Of a DNA stretch of 64,000 bases, positions 15,111 through 27,949 are shown one piece after another. The position numbers were made by a program, and so were the translations under genes. Position 1 is the stretch's first letter. The number at the start of each line of letters is the position of its first letter. The DNA is from Sphyrna mokarran. Its lineage: Eukaryota. The notes under the pieces are model-generated. The model had not been told where the DNA came from and made no database searches. It worked only from the letters and a program-made list of their open reading frames with translations. The stretch covers positions 17,360,001-17,424,000 of the forward strand of contig JAGIQG010000028.1 of assembly GCA_024679065.1 (NCBI GenBank), read 5' to 3'.

Positions 15111-15676
15111 CACGGGAGTCTGTGTCAGATTGTTCAGGAGTGTGCATCCAAGTGTGCGGGACTCTGTGTCAGAGTGCGCGGGAATGTGTGTGAGAGGGCA
15201 CAGGAGACTGTGTCAGAGTGCACGGGAATACATGTCATAGTACGCGGAACTGTGTGTCAGAATGCATGGGAGTGTGTGTCAGAGTGCATGGGAGTCTGTG
15301 TAAAAGTGTGCAGGTGTCTGTGTAAGAGTATGCAAGAGTCTGTGTCAGAGTGTGCAAGAGTCTGTCTCAGAGTACACAGGAGTCTATGTCAGAGTGCATG
15401 GGAGTCTGTGTCAAAGTGCGCGGGAGTCTGTGTTACAGTGCATGGGAGTCTGTGTCAGAGTGAGGGGGGGAGTCTGTGTCACAGTGCATGGGAGCCTGTG
15501 TCTGAGTGCATGAGAGTCTGTGTTAGAGTGTGTGGGAGTTGCATCAGCATGCACGGGAGTCTGTGTCACAGTACAGGGGAGCATATGTCAGAGTGCGAGA
15601 GGAGCCTATGTCAGAGTGCACAGGGGTGTATGTCAGAGTGCATGGAAATGTGGGTATCAGAGTGCATGGGAGTCTG
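15111..15676 (-). repeat. Inverted block of the 22-bp satellite
   Basis: Units read gagtctgtgtcagagtgc (reverse complement); 15388-15676 is the near-perfect reverse complement of 15898-16186. Confidence 0.95.
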
Positions 15677-18600
15677 ATGCAACTCCTGTGCACTCAGACA
15701 TAGGCTCACATACACTCTGATGCAGATTACCCCCCACTCTGATACAGACTACACCGCACTCTAACACATACTCCTGCACACTTTGACACGGGGTCCCTTG
15801 CACTCTGACACAGGCTTCTGGGTATTCTGATACAGACTCCCGTGCACTTTGACACAGACTCCCGTGCATTCTGAGGCAGGATCCCTCGCACTTGACACAG
15901 ACTCCCATGCACTCTGATACCCACATTTCCATGCACTCTGACATACACCCCTGCGCACTCTGACATAGGCTCCTCTCGCACTCTGACATATGCTCCCCTG
16001 TACTGTGACACAGACTCCCGTGCATGCTGATGCAACTCCCACACACTCTAACACAGACTCTCATGCACTCAGACACAGGCTCCCATGCACTGTGACACAG
16101 ACTCCCCCCCTCACTCTGACACAGACTCCCATGCACTGTAACACAGACTCCCGCGCACTTTGACACAGACTCCCATGCACTCTGACCCCCGACTCCTGTG
16201 CACTCTGACACACACTCCTGTGCACTCTGATATACACTCCCGCACACTCTGACACAGACTCCTGCACGCTCTGATATAGACTCCTGCGCACTCTGACACA
16301 GATTCCCCTCGCACTCTGACATATACTCCCCTGCACTGTGACACAGACTCCCGTGCATGCTGATGCAACTCCTGCACATGCTGATGCAACTCCCATGCAC
16401 TCTGACACATACTCCTATGCACTTTGACACAGACTCTCGTGCACTTTGACACAGACTTCTGTGCACTCTGACATAAACTCCTGTGTACTCTGACACACAC
16501 TCCTGCACACTCTGATACACATTCCCATGCACTCTGACACACACTCCCGTGCACTTTGACACAAACTCCCGTGCACTCTGAACCCCGACTCTCGCGCATT
16601 CTGTCACCAACACTTCCATGCACTCTGACATACATTCCCTCACACTCTGACAGATTCTCCCCTTCACACTGACACAGACGCCCGTGCACTGTAACCCCCA
16701 ACTCCTGTGCACTCTGACACACACTCTTGTGCACTCTGACACATACTACTGTGTACTCTGACACACACTCCTGCACACTTTGATACAGACTCCCGCACGC
16801 TCTAATACACACTCCTGTGTGCTCTGACACAGCCTCCACAGCTGTCTGACACAGACTCCCCTCGCACTTTGACATGTACTTCCCTGCACTGTGACACAGA
16901 CTCCCGTACGTGCTGATGGAACTCACGTGCACTCAGATGCAGACTCCCACATGCTCTGACACAGACTCTCGCGCATGCTGATGCAACTTCCACACACTTT
17001 GACACAGACTCCCATGCACTTTGACACAGACTCCTGTGTACTCTGAACACTGACTCCCGTGCACTCTGACACACATATTTCCATGTACTCTGACATACAG
17101 TCTGGAGCACTGTGACACAGACACCCACGCATACTGATGCAACTCCCGTGCACTCAGACGCAGACTCCCAAGCACTCTGACCCCCAATTCCCGCACACAC
17201 TGACACACACTCCAGCGCAACTCGGACACAGGCTCCCTCGCAATCTGACACACACTCACGTGTACTCTGACACCCAACTCCATATACTCTGACACACACT
17301 CCCCTGCACTCTGACACAGACTCCCGACACTCTGACACATATTCCTGCACACTGATGCATACTCCCACACACTCTGACACACACTCCTGTGCACTCTGAC
17401 ACACACTCCCACACACTTTGACACAGACTGCTGCATGCTCTGACACACACTCCTGCATGCTCTGACACAGCCTCCACTGCTGTCTGACACAGACTCCCTT
17501 CGCACTCTGACATATACTCCCCTGTACTGTGGCACAGACTCTCACGTACTCTGACACAGACTCCTGCGTATGCTGATGCAACTCCTGAGCACTTTAACAC
17601 AGACTCTCGGGCACTCAGACACAGACTCCCATGCACCCTGATGCAGACTGCCCCCCACTCTAACACAGACTCCCATGCACTCTTACAATGACTCCTGTGC
17701 ACTTTGACACAGACTCCCGTATACTCTGTCATACACTCCCGCACACTCTGACACACACTCCTGCGCACTCTGACACAGACTCCACTGCTGTCTGACACAG
17801 ACTCCCCTCGCACTCTGACATGTACTCCCCTGAAATGTGACACAGACTCCCGCACGTGCTGATGCAACTCCTGCGCACTTTGACACAGACTCCCGCGTAC
17901 TCTGAACCCCGACTTCTGCGTACTCTGAACCCCGACTCCTGCGCACTCTGATACAGGCTCTCGCACACTCTGACACAGACACCTGCGCACTTTTACAGAC
18001 TCCTGTGCACTCTGACACACACTCCCATGCACTCTGACACGCACTCTTGTGCACTTTGACGCACAGTTCTGCGCACTCCGACATGTATTCTCGCACACTC
18101 TGACACAGTCTCCTGTGCACTGTCACACGTATTATCATGTGCTCTGACACAGACTCCCATGCGCTCTGACAGAGTCCCGCACACTCGAACACACACTCCT
18201 GCGCACTCTGACACAGACACCCCTGCTGTCTGACAAGGACACCCCTTGCACTCTGTCATATACTCCTCTGCACTGTGACACAAACTTCTGCGCACTCTGA
18301 CACAGAATCCCGCGCATGCTGATGCAATTTCTGCACACTCAGATGTAGACTCACATGCACTCTGACGCAGGCTACCCCCACTCTGATACAGACTCCACCG
18401 CACTCCGACATAGACTCCTGCACACTCTAACACAGACTCCCGCGCACTTTGACACAGACTCCCATGCATTCCAAGGCAGGCTCCCTCACACTTTGACACA
18501 GACTCCTATGCACTCTGAATCCCAACTCCCGCGCACTCTGACACCCACACTTCCACGCACTCTGACATACACACCCATGCACTCTGACACAGACTCCCGC

Positions 18601-21600
18601 ACATTCTGACATACACTCCCGCATACACTGACACACACTCTCGTGCACTCTGACAAACACCTCCTTGCACTCTCTCAGAGACCCCTGCACACTCTGACAC
18701 AAACTCCCATGTACTATAACACTCCCGAACACTTTGACACACACTCCCGTGCACTCTGATACAGGCTCCTGCGCACTCTGACAAAGACTCCCACGCACTC
18801 TGACAAAGTCTCCCAAGCACTCTGACAAGACTCCATAACACTTTGACACAGACCCTGCACATTCTGACATACACTCCTGCGCACTCTGACACAGACTCCC
18901 CTGCTGTCTGACACAGATTCCCTTGCACTCTCTGTGACAGAGACTTCCATGCAGTCTGACACACAGTCCCGTGCACTCTGACCCCCAACTCCCCGCACTC
19001 TGACACACACTATTCCACAGTCTGACATAGACTTTCCACATTCTGACACACACTCCCGCGCACTCTGACAGACTTCCGCGCTCTCTGACACAGATTCCCT
19101 TCAACTCTCTGTGACAGAGACTTCCGTGCACTCTGACACACAGTCCCGCGCACTCTGACCCCCAACTCCCCGCACTCTGACACACACTATTCCGCAGTCT
19201 GACATAGACTTTCCACATTCTGACACACACTCCCGCGCACTCTGACAGACTTCCGCGCTGTCTGACACAGACTCCCGTGCACTCTGACACATACTCCTGC
19301 GCACTCTGACATATACACCCACACTCTGACACAGACATCTGCACTCTGACACAGTCTGCATCACACTCTGACACAGATTCCCATGCACTCTGGCGCAGAT
19401 TCCTGTGCACTATGATCCCGACTCTGTATGCACTGACACATACTCCCATGCACTCTGACACACACTCCAAAACACTCTTACACAGACTCCCCCAGATTCT
19501 GACACAGGCACCCATGCACTCTGACTCCCAACTTCCTCACTCTGACACACACTTCTGTGCATTCTACACACACTCCAGTGCACTCGGACACAGACTGCCT
19601 CATACTCTGACACACACTCCTGCGCACTGTGACACAAACTCCCACGCACTCTGACACACACTCTCGCACACTCTGACACACACTACTGCGCACTCTGACA
19701 CACACTCGCACATACTCTGACACTGACTCCGATATACTCTGACACAGAATGATGCACACTTTTACATAGACGCCAGTAGTCTCTCACACAGACCTCTCTC
19801 GCACTTTGTCACAGATTCCAGTACTCTGAACCCCAACTCCTGCACATTCTGACATCCACACTTCCGTGCACTCTGACATACACTCCCATGCACTCTGACA
19901 CAGACTCCTGCGCACTGACACAGACTCCCCCGCACTCTGAACCCCGACTCCCGTGCACTCTGACACATACACCCGTGCACTCTGACACACACTTCCGTGC
20001 ACTCAGGCATGGACTCCCTCACACTCTGATGCACACTGACATGCACTCAGACCCCCAACTCCACGCACTCTGACACAGACTCCTCACATTCTGACACACA
20101 TCTCCACGCATTCTGACATAGACTCCTGTGCATTGTGACTCAACTCCCGTGCACGGTGACACAAACACCCGCATACCCTGACACACACTCCATCACACTC
20201 TGATATACACTCCTGTGCACTCCAAGACAGACTTCTGCGCACTCTGACACAGTCTCTCGCACACTCTTACATAGACACCTGCCCACTCTTACATAGACAC
20301 CTGCGCACTTTTAAACAAACACCTGAGCACTCTGACACACACTTCCGTGCACTCTGACACACACTCGCATACACTCTGACACAGATTCCCGCACACTCTG
20401 ACACACACTCCCGCGCACTTTGACACACACTCCCGTGTACTCTGACATGCACTCCCGCGTACTCGGACACAAACTCCCTCGCATTCTGACACACACTCAC
20501 GTTCACTCTGACCCCCAGATCCACGCACTCTGCCACACACTATCCTGCACTCTGACACAGATTCTCCACACTTTGACACACACTCCCTTGCACTGTGACA
20601 CAAACTCCCATGACTTTGACACACAGATCAGCGCACTCTGACACAGATTCCCGCACTCTGACACAGACTGCATCACACTCTGGCACAGTTCCCATGCACT
20701 CTGATCCCTGACTCCCACGCACACTGACACACACTCCCACATACTCTAACACACACTCCTGCGCACTTTGACACACACTCCCATGTACTCTGGTATGCAC
20801 TCCTGCACACTTGGACACAAACTCCTTCACATTCTGACACACACTCACGTTCACTCTGACTCGCAATTCCACGCACTCTGACACAGACTCCCGCAGACTA
20901 TGACACAGACTCTCGTGCACTCGGACACAGATTCCATAACACTCTGATACAGACTCCTGCAGACTCTGACACAGAATCCTGTGCATTCTGACACAGATTC
21001 CATAACAATCTGACCCCTGACTCCCGCGCACTCTGGCACACACTCCCGTGCACTCTGACACACACTCTCGTGCGCTTGGACACACTCACATGCACTCTGA
21101 CCCCCAACTCCACACACTCTGATAAACACTCCCCCACACTCTGACACACACCCATGAGCACTCTGACACACACTCCCGTGCATTGTGACACAAATTCCTG
21201 TGCACTGTGACACATACTCTCACACACTTTGACACACGCTCAATCACACTCTGACATAGTGTCCCGCTCATTCTGACACAGTCTCCCTGGCACTCTGACA
21301 CACACTCCCGCACACTCTGACAGATACTCTCGTGCACTCTGACACAGACTCCCGTGCACTCTGAGTCAGACTTTTGCACACTCTTACATAGACACCCACC
21401 TACTTTTACATAAATACCTGCGCACTTTTACATAGACTCCTGTGCACTCTGATACAGGTTCCTACGCATTCTTACACAGACTCATGTGCACTCTTACACA
21501 GACTCACGCGCACTCTGACACAGACTCCCGCGCACTCTGACATATAGTCCCCTGCACTGTGACACAGACTTCAGCTCACTCTGACACAGACTCCCGCACA

Positions 21601-23200
21601 TGCTGATGTAACTCCAGCACACTCACACACACACTCTCATGGGCACTCTCACGCAGACACCCTTCTCTCTGACACAGACCCCCTCACTCTGACACAGACT
21701 CCACCATACTCTGACACAGACTCCCGCGCACTCTGAAACAGACTCCCGCGCACACTGACACAGACTCTCGTGTACTTTGACAGACTCCCGTGCACTCCAA
21801 GGCAGACTCCTTGCACTTTGACACAGACTCCTGTACACTCTGAACACAACTGCCGCGCATTCTGATACCCACACTTCCATGCACTCTGACACAGACTCAG
21901 GCACACTCTGGCACAGACTCCTGCACAATCTGACACACACTCCCGCGCAATCTGATACACACTCCCGCCCACACTGACACAAACTCCCGTGCTTTCTGAC
22001 ACACACTGCTGTGCACTCAGACACACAATCCGCATATCCTGACACACACTCCCACACACCCAGACACACACTCCATCACACCCTGACACAGACTTCATGC
22101 ATTCTGACCCCCGACTCCTGCGCACTCTGATACACACTCCCATGCACTCTGACACAGACTCCAGTGCTGTCTGACACAGACTCCCCTCGTATCCTGACAT
22201 ATACTCCCTTGCACTGTGGCACAGATCCTGGTGCACTCTGACACAGATTCCTGCGCACTCAGACACAGACTCCGATGCACTCTGATGCAGACTCCCCTCA
22301 ACTCTGACACAGACTCCATCGCACTCTGACACAAATTCCTGTGCACTCTAACACAAACTATAACACAGTCTGACACACAGTCCTGCACACTTTGACACAG
22401 ATTCCCATGCACTCTGTGACAGACTCTCTTGCACTTTGACATAGATTTCCATGGGCTCTGAACCCCGACTCCCGCGCACTCTGACGCCCACACTTCCATG
22501 CACTCTGACACACACTCACGCGCACTCTGACACACAATCCTGTGCACACTGATGCACACACCCGCGCACACTGACACACACTCCTCCGCACTCTGACAAA
22601 CACTTACTGCACTCTGACACATATTCCTGTGCACTCTCTCACAGACTCCTCTGTACTCTGACACAGACTCCCGTGCACTCTGACCTCCGCCTCCCGCGCA
22701 CTCTGATACAGATTCCCCCCTACACTCTGACACAGACTCCACTGCACTCTGACACAAACTCCCGTGCACTCTGACACAGACTAGAAAGCACTCCGACACA
22801 GACTCCTGTGCACTTTGATACAGACTCCCACGCACTCCGAGACTGACACCCTCACACTTTGACATAGACTCCCATGCACTCTGAACCCCGACTCCCGCGC
22901 AGTCTGACACCCACACTTCCATGCACTCTGACACACACTCATGTGCACCCTGACACAGAATCCCATGCACTCTGACACACACTCCCGTGCACTCTGACAC
23001 ACACTCCCATGCACACTGACACACACTCTGACAAACACTTCCTGCACTCTGACACACACTCCCGTGCACTCTGACACACACTCCACTGCTGACACAGACT
23101 CCCCTTGTACCCTGACATATAGAAGATAGAACACGCCTGCACAAACAGACCCTTCAGCCCACAAGTTGTGCTGATCATATCCATACCTACCAGGCCATAG

Positions 23201-23234
23201 AACTATCTGTAACTATCTGTAACTATCTGTAACT
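23201..23234. repeat. (aactatctgt)x3 short tandem repeat in the LINE 3' UTR
   Basis: Three exact 10-mers plus a partial copy. Confidence 0.9.
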
Positions 23235-23274
23235 CCCAATTCCATTGAATCCTCTTTCCTTATCCAGAAGTCTT

Positions 23275-23334
23275 GTATCTGTCAGAGGGTGCGGGAGTGT
23301 GTGTCAGAGTGCCAGGGAGACTGTGTCAGAATGA
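23275..23334 (-). repeat. Inverted satellite snippet inserted in the LINE; templated copy of 21268-21327
   Basis: 59/60 match to the reverse complement of 21268-21327; LINE sequence resumes on both sides. Confidence 0.88.
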
Positions 23335-25177
23335 CTCTACCACCAACGACGACAGCTGATCCACTCACTCACCATCCTCTGACGAAAAACTTACCCCAAC
23401 ATCTCCTCTGGACTTGCTTCCCAGCACCTTAAACCTGTGTACCCTCGTAGCGACCATTTCAGCCCTGGGAAATAGCCTCCGAGAATCCAACCTATCTACG
23501 CTTCTCAACATTTTATAAACCTCTATCAGGTCGCCTCTCAACCTTCGTTTCTCCAGGGAGAAGAGACCTAGCTCTCTCAACCTATCTTCATAAGGCATGC
23601 CTTCAAATCAAGGCAACATCCTTGTAAATCTCCTCTGCACCCTCTCAATAGCTTCCACATCCTTTCTATAGTGAGGTGACCAGAACTGAGCACAGTACTC
23701 CAAGTGGGGTCTGATCAAGGGTCTCATAAAGCTGCAGCATTATCTCCCGATTCCTAAACTCAATCCTTTGATTAAATGAAGGCCAGTACACCATACACCT
23801 TCTTAACCACATCCTCCATCTGTGAGGCCAATTTAAGAGTCCTATGGACCCGGGCCCCAAGGTCCTTCTGCTCCTCAATACTGCTAAGACTCCTACCCTT
23901 GATATTGTACTCCTTCATCCCATTGGTCCTGCCAAAATGGACCACTAAACATTTATCCACATTGAAGTCCATCTGCCACTTCTCTGCCCAATCTTGCATC
24001 CTATCTATGTCACGCTGCAACTTCTGACAACCCTCCAGATTATCCACAACACCACCAACCTTCGTATTGCCGGCGAACTTACTAACCCATCCCTCCACTT
24101 CCTCATCCAGGTCATTTATGAAAATGACAAACAGCAAGAGTCCTAGGACAGATCCCTGGGGCACTCCACTGGTGATGACTTCAGTGCAGATAAAGACCCA
24201 TCCACAACCACTCTCTGCCTTCTGCAGACAAGTCAGTTCTGGATCCACAAGGCCAAAGCCCCTTAGATCCCATGCCCTCTCACCTTCTCAAGAAGTCTTG
24301 TATTGGGGACCTTATCATACGCCTTGCTGAAGTCCGTGTAAACCACATCCACCGTTTTTCCTTTGTCAATGTGTTCAGTCACATTTTCAAAGAACTCAAT
24401 TAGGCTCGTAAGGCACGACTTGCCCTTGACAAAGCCGTGTTGACTATTTCTGATCATACTAAACTTCTCTAACTGCTCAAAAATCCTATCCTTCAGAATT
24501 CTCTCCATCAATTTACCAACTACTGAGGTCAGACTCACCGGTCAGTAACTTCCTGGGCTATCCCTGTTCCCTTTCTTGAAAATAGGAACCATATCTGCAA
24601 TCCTCCAATCCTCCGGAACCTCTCCCGTCACCATCAACAACGCAAAGATCATCACCAGGGGCTCTGCAATCACTTCCCTCACCTCTCACAGTAACTTGGG
24701 GTACATCCCATCTGGTCCTGGCGACTTATCTATCTTGATAGAATTTAAAAGTTCCAACACATTCTCTTTCTTAACGTCCACATACTCAATCTTTTCAGTC
24801 CACCGCAAATGTGCAATACAACCTCTCAGATCACTTTCCACTGTGAATACTGAGGCAAAGTACCCATTAAGCACCTCTGCCATTTCTTCCGGTTCCACAC
24901 AGACTTTACCCCCTTCACCTTTTATAGGTCCTATCCCTTCTCTTCTCATTCTTTTACTCTTCACATATTTGTAGAACGCTTTGGGATTCTTTTTAATCTC
25001 ACCCACCAAGGCCTTCTCATGACCCCTTCTGGCTTTCCTAATTTCCTTTTTAAGCTCCTTTCTACAAGCCTTATACTTCTCTAGATCCTTATCATCTCTT
25101 AGCTCTCTGCACCTTTTGTACATCTTTTTTTTCTTCCTGACTACGTTCATCACATCCTTCATGCACCACGGTTCTCA

Positions 25178-26590
25178 TGGCCTCTGACACAGATTCCTGC
25201 GCACTCTGACACAGACTCCTGCGCACTCTGACAGAGACACCCTGCATTCTGACACAAACTCCCACACAGTCTGACACAGACTCCCACGCACTTTGACACA
25301 GACTCCTGCGCACTCTGAACCCTGACTCCCGTCACTCTGACACCCACACGTCCATGCACTCTGACCCACACCCCCGTGGGTCTCTCACAGACTCCCGTAC
25401 ACAATGATACATACTGCCATACACTTTGACACACACTCCCGTGCACTCTGACACAAATTCCTGCGTACTCTGACACACAGTCCTGTGCACTCGGACATAA
25501 ACTCCCTTGCACTCTGACACACATTCCCCCGCACTCTGACACACATTCCCGTACATGCTGACACACACTCCTGTGCACTCTGACAAACACTTCCCGCACT
25601 CTGACACACCCCCCCACGCACTCTGACACACATTCCCGTGCACTCTCTCACAGACTCCGCGCACTCTGACACAAAAGTCCTACGCACTCTAATACACACT
25701 TCCACGCACTTTGACACAAACTCCCACACACTCTGACACATGCCAACACACACTCCTGCGCATTATGGCCCAAATTCCTGCTTACTCTGACAGAATCTCT
25801 GGCATACTCGGACACAAACTTCCTCGCACTCTGACAAAGACTCAAGCGAACTCTGAAACAGGCTTGTGCACTCTCAGACCACAGCTCCTTTACAGTCTAA
25901 CACTGACTCCCTCACACTGATAGTCTCCCATGCATTCTGAAAATCTCTTGCGCACTCACACAGTTTCCCGCACATTTTGAGTCCAACATCGACACACGCA
26001 CTGACGAAGACTCCAGCACACTCTCTGAAGCTGGCTGTCTCAGGCGCAGTCTGACCCCCAACTCCAGCGCATACTGATCCCAAGCCCTGCACATTCTGAC
26101 ACAAACTTGCTCGCAATCTGACACAGACTCCCGTGCACTCAGACACAGACTCCTGCAAACTCATGCACAGACTCCTGCATACTCATACACAAACTCCTGC
26201 GTACTCTGACACAGACTCCTGCGCATTGTGACACAGACTCCTGTGCACTGTGACACAGATTCCCATGCACAGAGACATAGGCTCCCGCATACTCTGAAAC
26301 AGACTCCCCCGCACTCAGACACAGACTTCCATGCACTCCGACACAGACTCCCGTGCACTCTGACACAGATTCCTGCACATTAGGACTCATACTCTCGCAT
26401 GCTCTGTCTCCAACAGCACACACTCCAATCCTGCACACGGGACCCAGACTCTTGCACATTCTGAAACCGATTGACGAGTGCTCTAACCCTAAGTCCTGTG
26501 CATCTGATCCCTGATTCCCATGCTCTCTACCGCACATTCTGACCCTGACACCTGAACATGCTGACAGCGAGTCCTACACACTCTGACCTT
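25178..26590. repeat. 22-bp satellite, ACA-slot and mixed variants
   Basis: Continuous 22-nt periodic units between two LINEs. Confidence 0.93.
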
Positions 26591-27949
26591 AGAACATAGA
26601 ACATAGAACATTACAGCACAGAACAGGCCCTTCGGCCTTCGATGGTGCGCCGACCAATATAAAAAGCAATGCCCCTCCAAACTAAACCATTCCCTTCTCT
26701 TCCATATACTTATCAACTAACCTCTTAAACGCCACCAACTTGGCGCATCTACAACTGCTGCAGGCAGGGCATTCCACTCCCGAACCACCCTTTGGGTAAA
26801 GAACCTACCTCTGATATCCGTCCTATAACTATCACCCTTAATTTAAAGCTGTGTCCCCTCGTGCTAGCTTTTTCCATCCTAGGACAAAGGCTATCACTGT
26901 CCACCCTATCTAAACCTCTAATCATCTTATATGTTTCGATCAGGTCCCCTCTTAGCCTCCTCCTTTCTAACGAAAACAACCTCAAATCCCTCAGCCTCTC
27001 TTCATAAGACCTGCCCTCCATACCAGGCAACATCCTGGTAAACCTCCTCTGTACCCTCTCCAATGCCTCCACAGCTTTCTTATAATGTGGGGACCAGAAC
27101 TGCACACAATACTCCAAGTGCGGCCGCACTAGAGTTTTGTACAGTTGCAACATGAGGTTGCGGCTCCGAAATTCAATCCCTCTACCAATAAAAGCCAAGA
27201 CTCCATATGCCTTCCTAACAACCTTCTCGACCTGACTGACTACTTTCAGGGATCTATGCACATACACACCAAGATCCCTCTGTTCATCTAGACTACTAAG
27301 AATCCTACCATTTGCCCTATACTCTACACATGTATTATTTCTGCCATAGTGCATTACCTCACACTTTTCCACATTAAACTCCATTTGCCACCTCTCGGCC
27401 CAGCTCTGCAACTTGTCCAAGTCCCGCTGCAAACTATAACACCCCTCTTCACTATCTACTACTCCACCGACTTTAGTGTCATCTGCAAATTTACTAATCC
27501 ATCCTTCAATACCCTCATCCAGATCATTTATAAAAATTACAAACAGCAGGGGCCCCAAAACAGACCCTGAGGTACACCACTTGTCACCGAACTCCAAGAT
27601 GAATATCTCCCATCAACCACCACCCTCTGTCTTCTATCTGCTAGCCAATTCCTAACCCAATTAGCTAAATCACCATCTATCCCATACATCTGCATTTTCT
27701 GCAGAAGTCTTCCATAGGCCACCTTATCAAACGCCTTACTAAAGTCCATATATACCACATCAACCGCCTTACCCCCATCTACCTCCTTAGTCACTTTTTC
27801 AAAAAACTCAATGAGGTTAGTAAGGCACGACCTACCCTTCACAAAACCATGCTGACTATCTCCACTCAATTCATTACTCTCTAAATAACTATAAATCCTA
27901 TCCCTAATTATTCTCTCCAATACTTTGCCCACAACAGAAGTAAGACTCA
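26591..27949 (-). mobile_element. 5'-truncated CR1-clade LINE with nearly intact RT domain; same subfamily as 9391-10118
   Basis: ORFs 27537-27950 and 26749-27597: YMDFSKAFDKV, GVPQG/SVLGPLLF (one frameshift near 27570), SKFADDTK; (agaacat)n tail; 8-bp target duplication CTGACCTT at 26583-26590 and 27950-27957. Confidence 0.96.

Larger units (their letters stand above)
10119..23118. repeat. 22-bp satellite, mainly the ACA-slot variant (gcactctgacacagactcccgt / ...acacacactcc...)
   Basis: Continuous 22-nt periodic units, interrupted by 10702-10845 and by an inverted block at 15111-15676. Confidence 0.96.
23119..25177 (-). mobile_element. 5'-truncated CR1-clade LINE (ORF2 linker, RT, C-terminus, 3' UTR), multiply frameshifted
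   Basis: ORF fragments: IKKNPKAFYKYVKSKR...DKSPGPDGMYPKLL; SLTSVVGKLMERI...SQHGFVKGKSCLT...DFSKAYDKV; GVPQGSVLGLLLF...SKFAGNTK (FADD degenerate); LFSLEKRRLRGDLIEVYK; tail atagaagatagaac; no clear target duplication. Confidence 0.94.

Noticed and set aside
14946-15677. Plus-strand ORF of 243 aa as a gene
   Set aside because: Arises only because the satellite is inverted here, putting the stop-free strand on plus
13800-22300. CACTGTG heptamers as V(D)J recombination signals
   Set aside because: They are single-base variants of the satellite CACTCTG; no nonamer at 12/23 spacing and no V/J segments seen
24576-24974. Plus-strand ORF of 132 aa and similar short ORFs opposite LINE or Gypsy sequence
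   Set aside because: Antisense shadows of retroelement coding sequence
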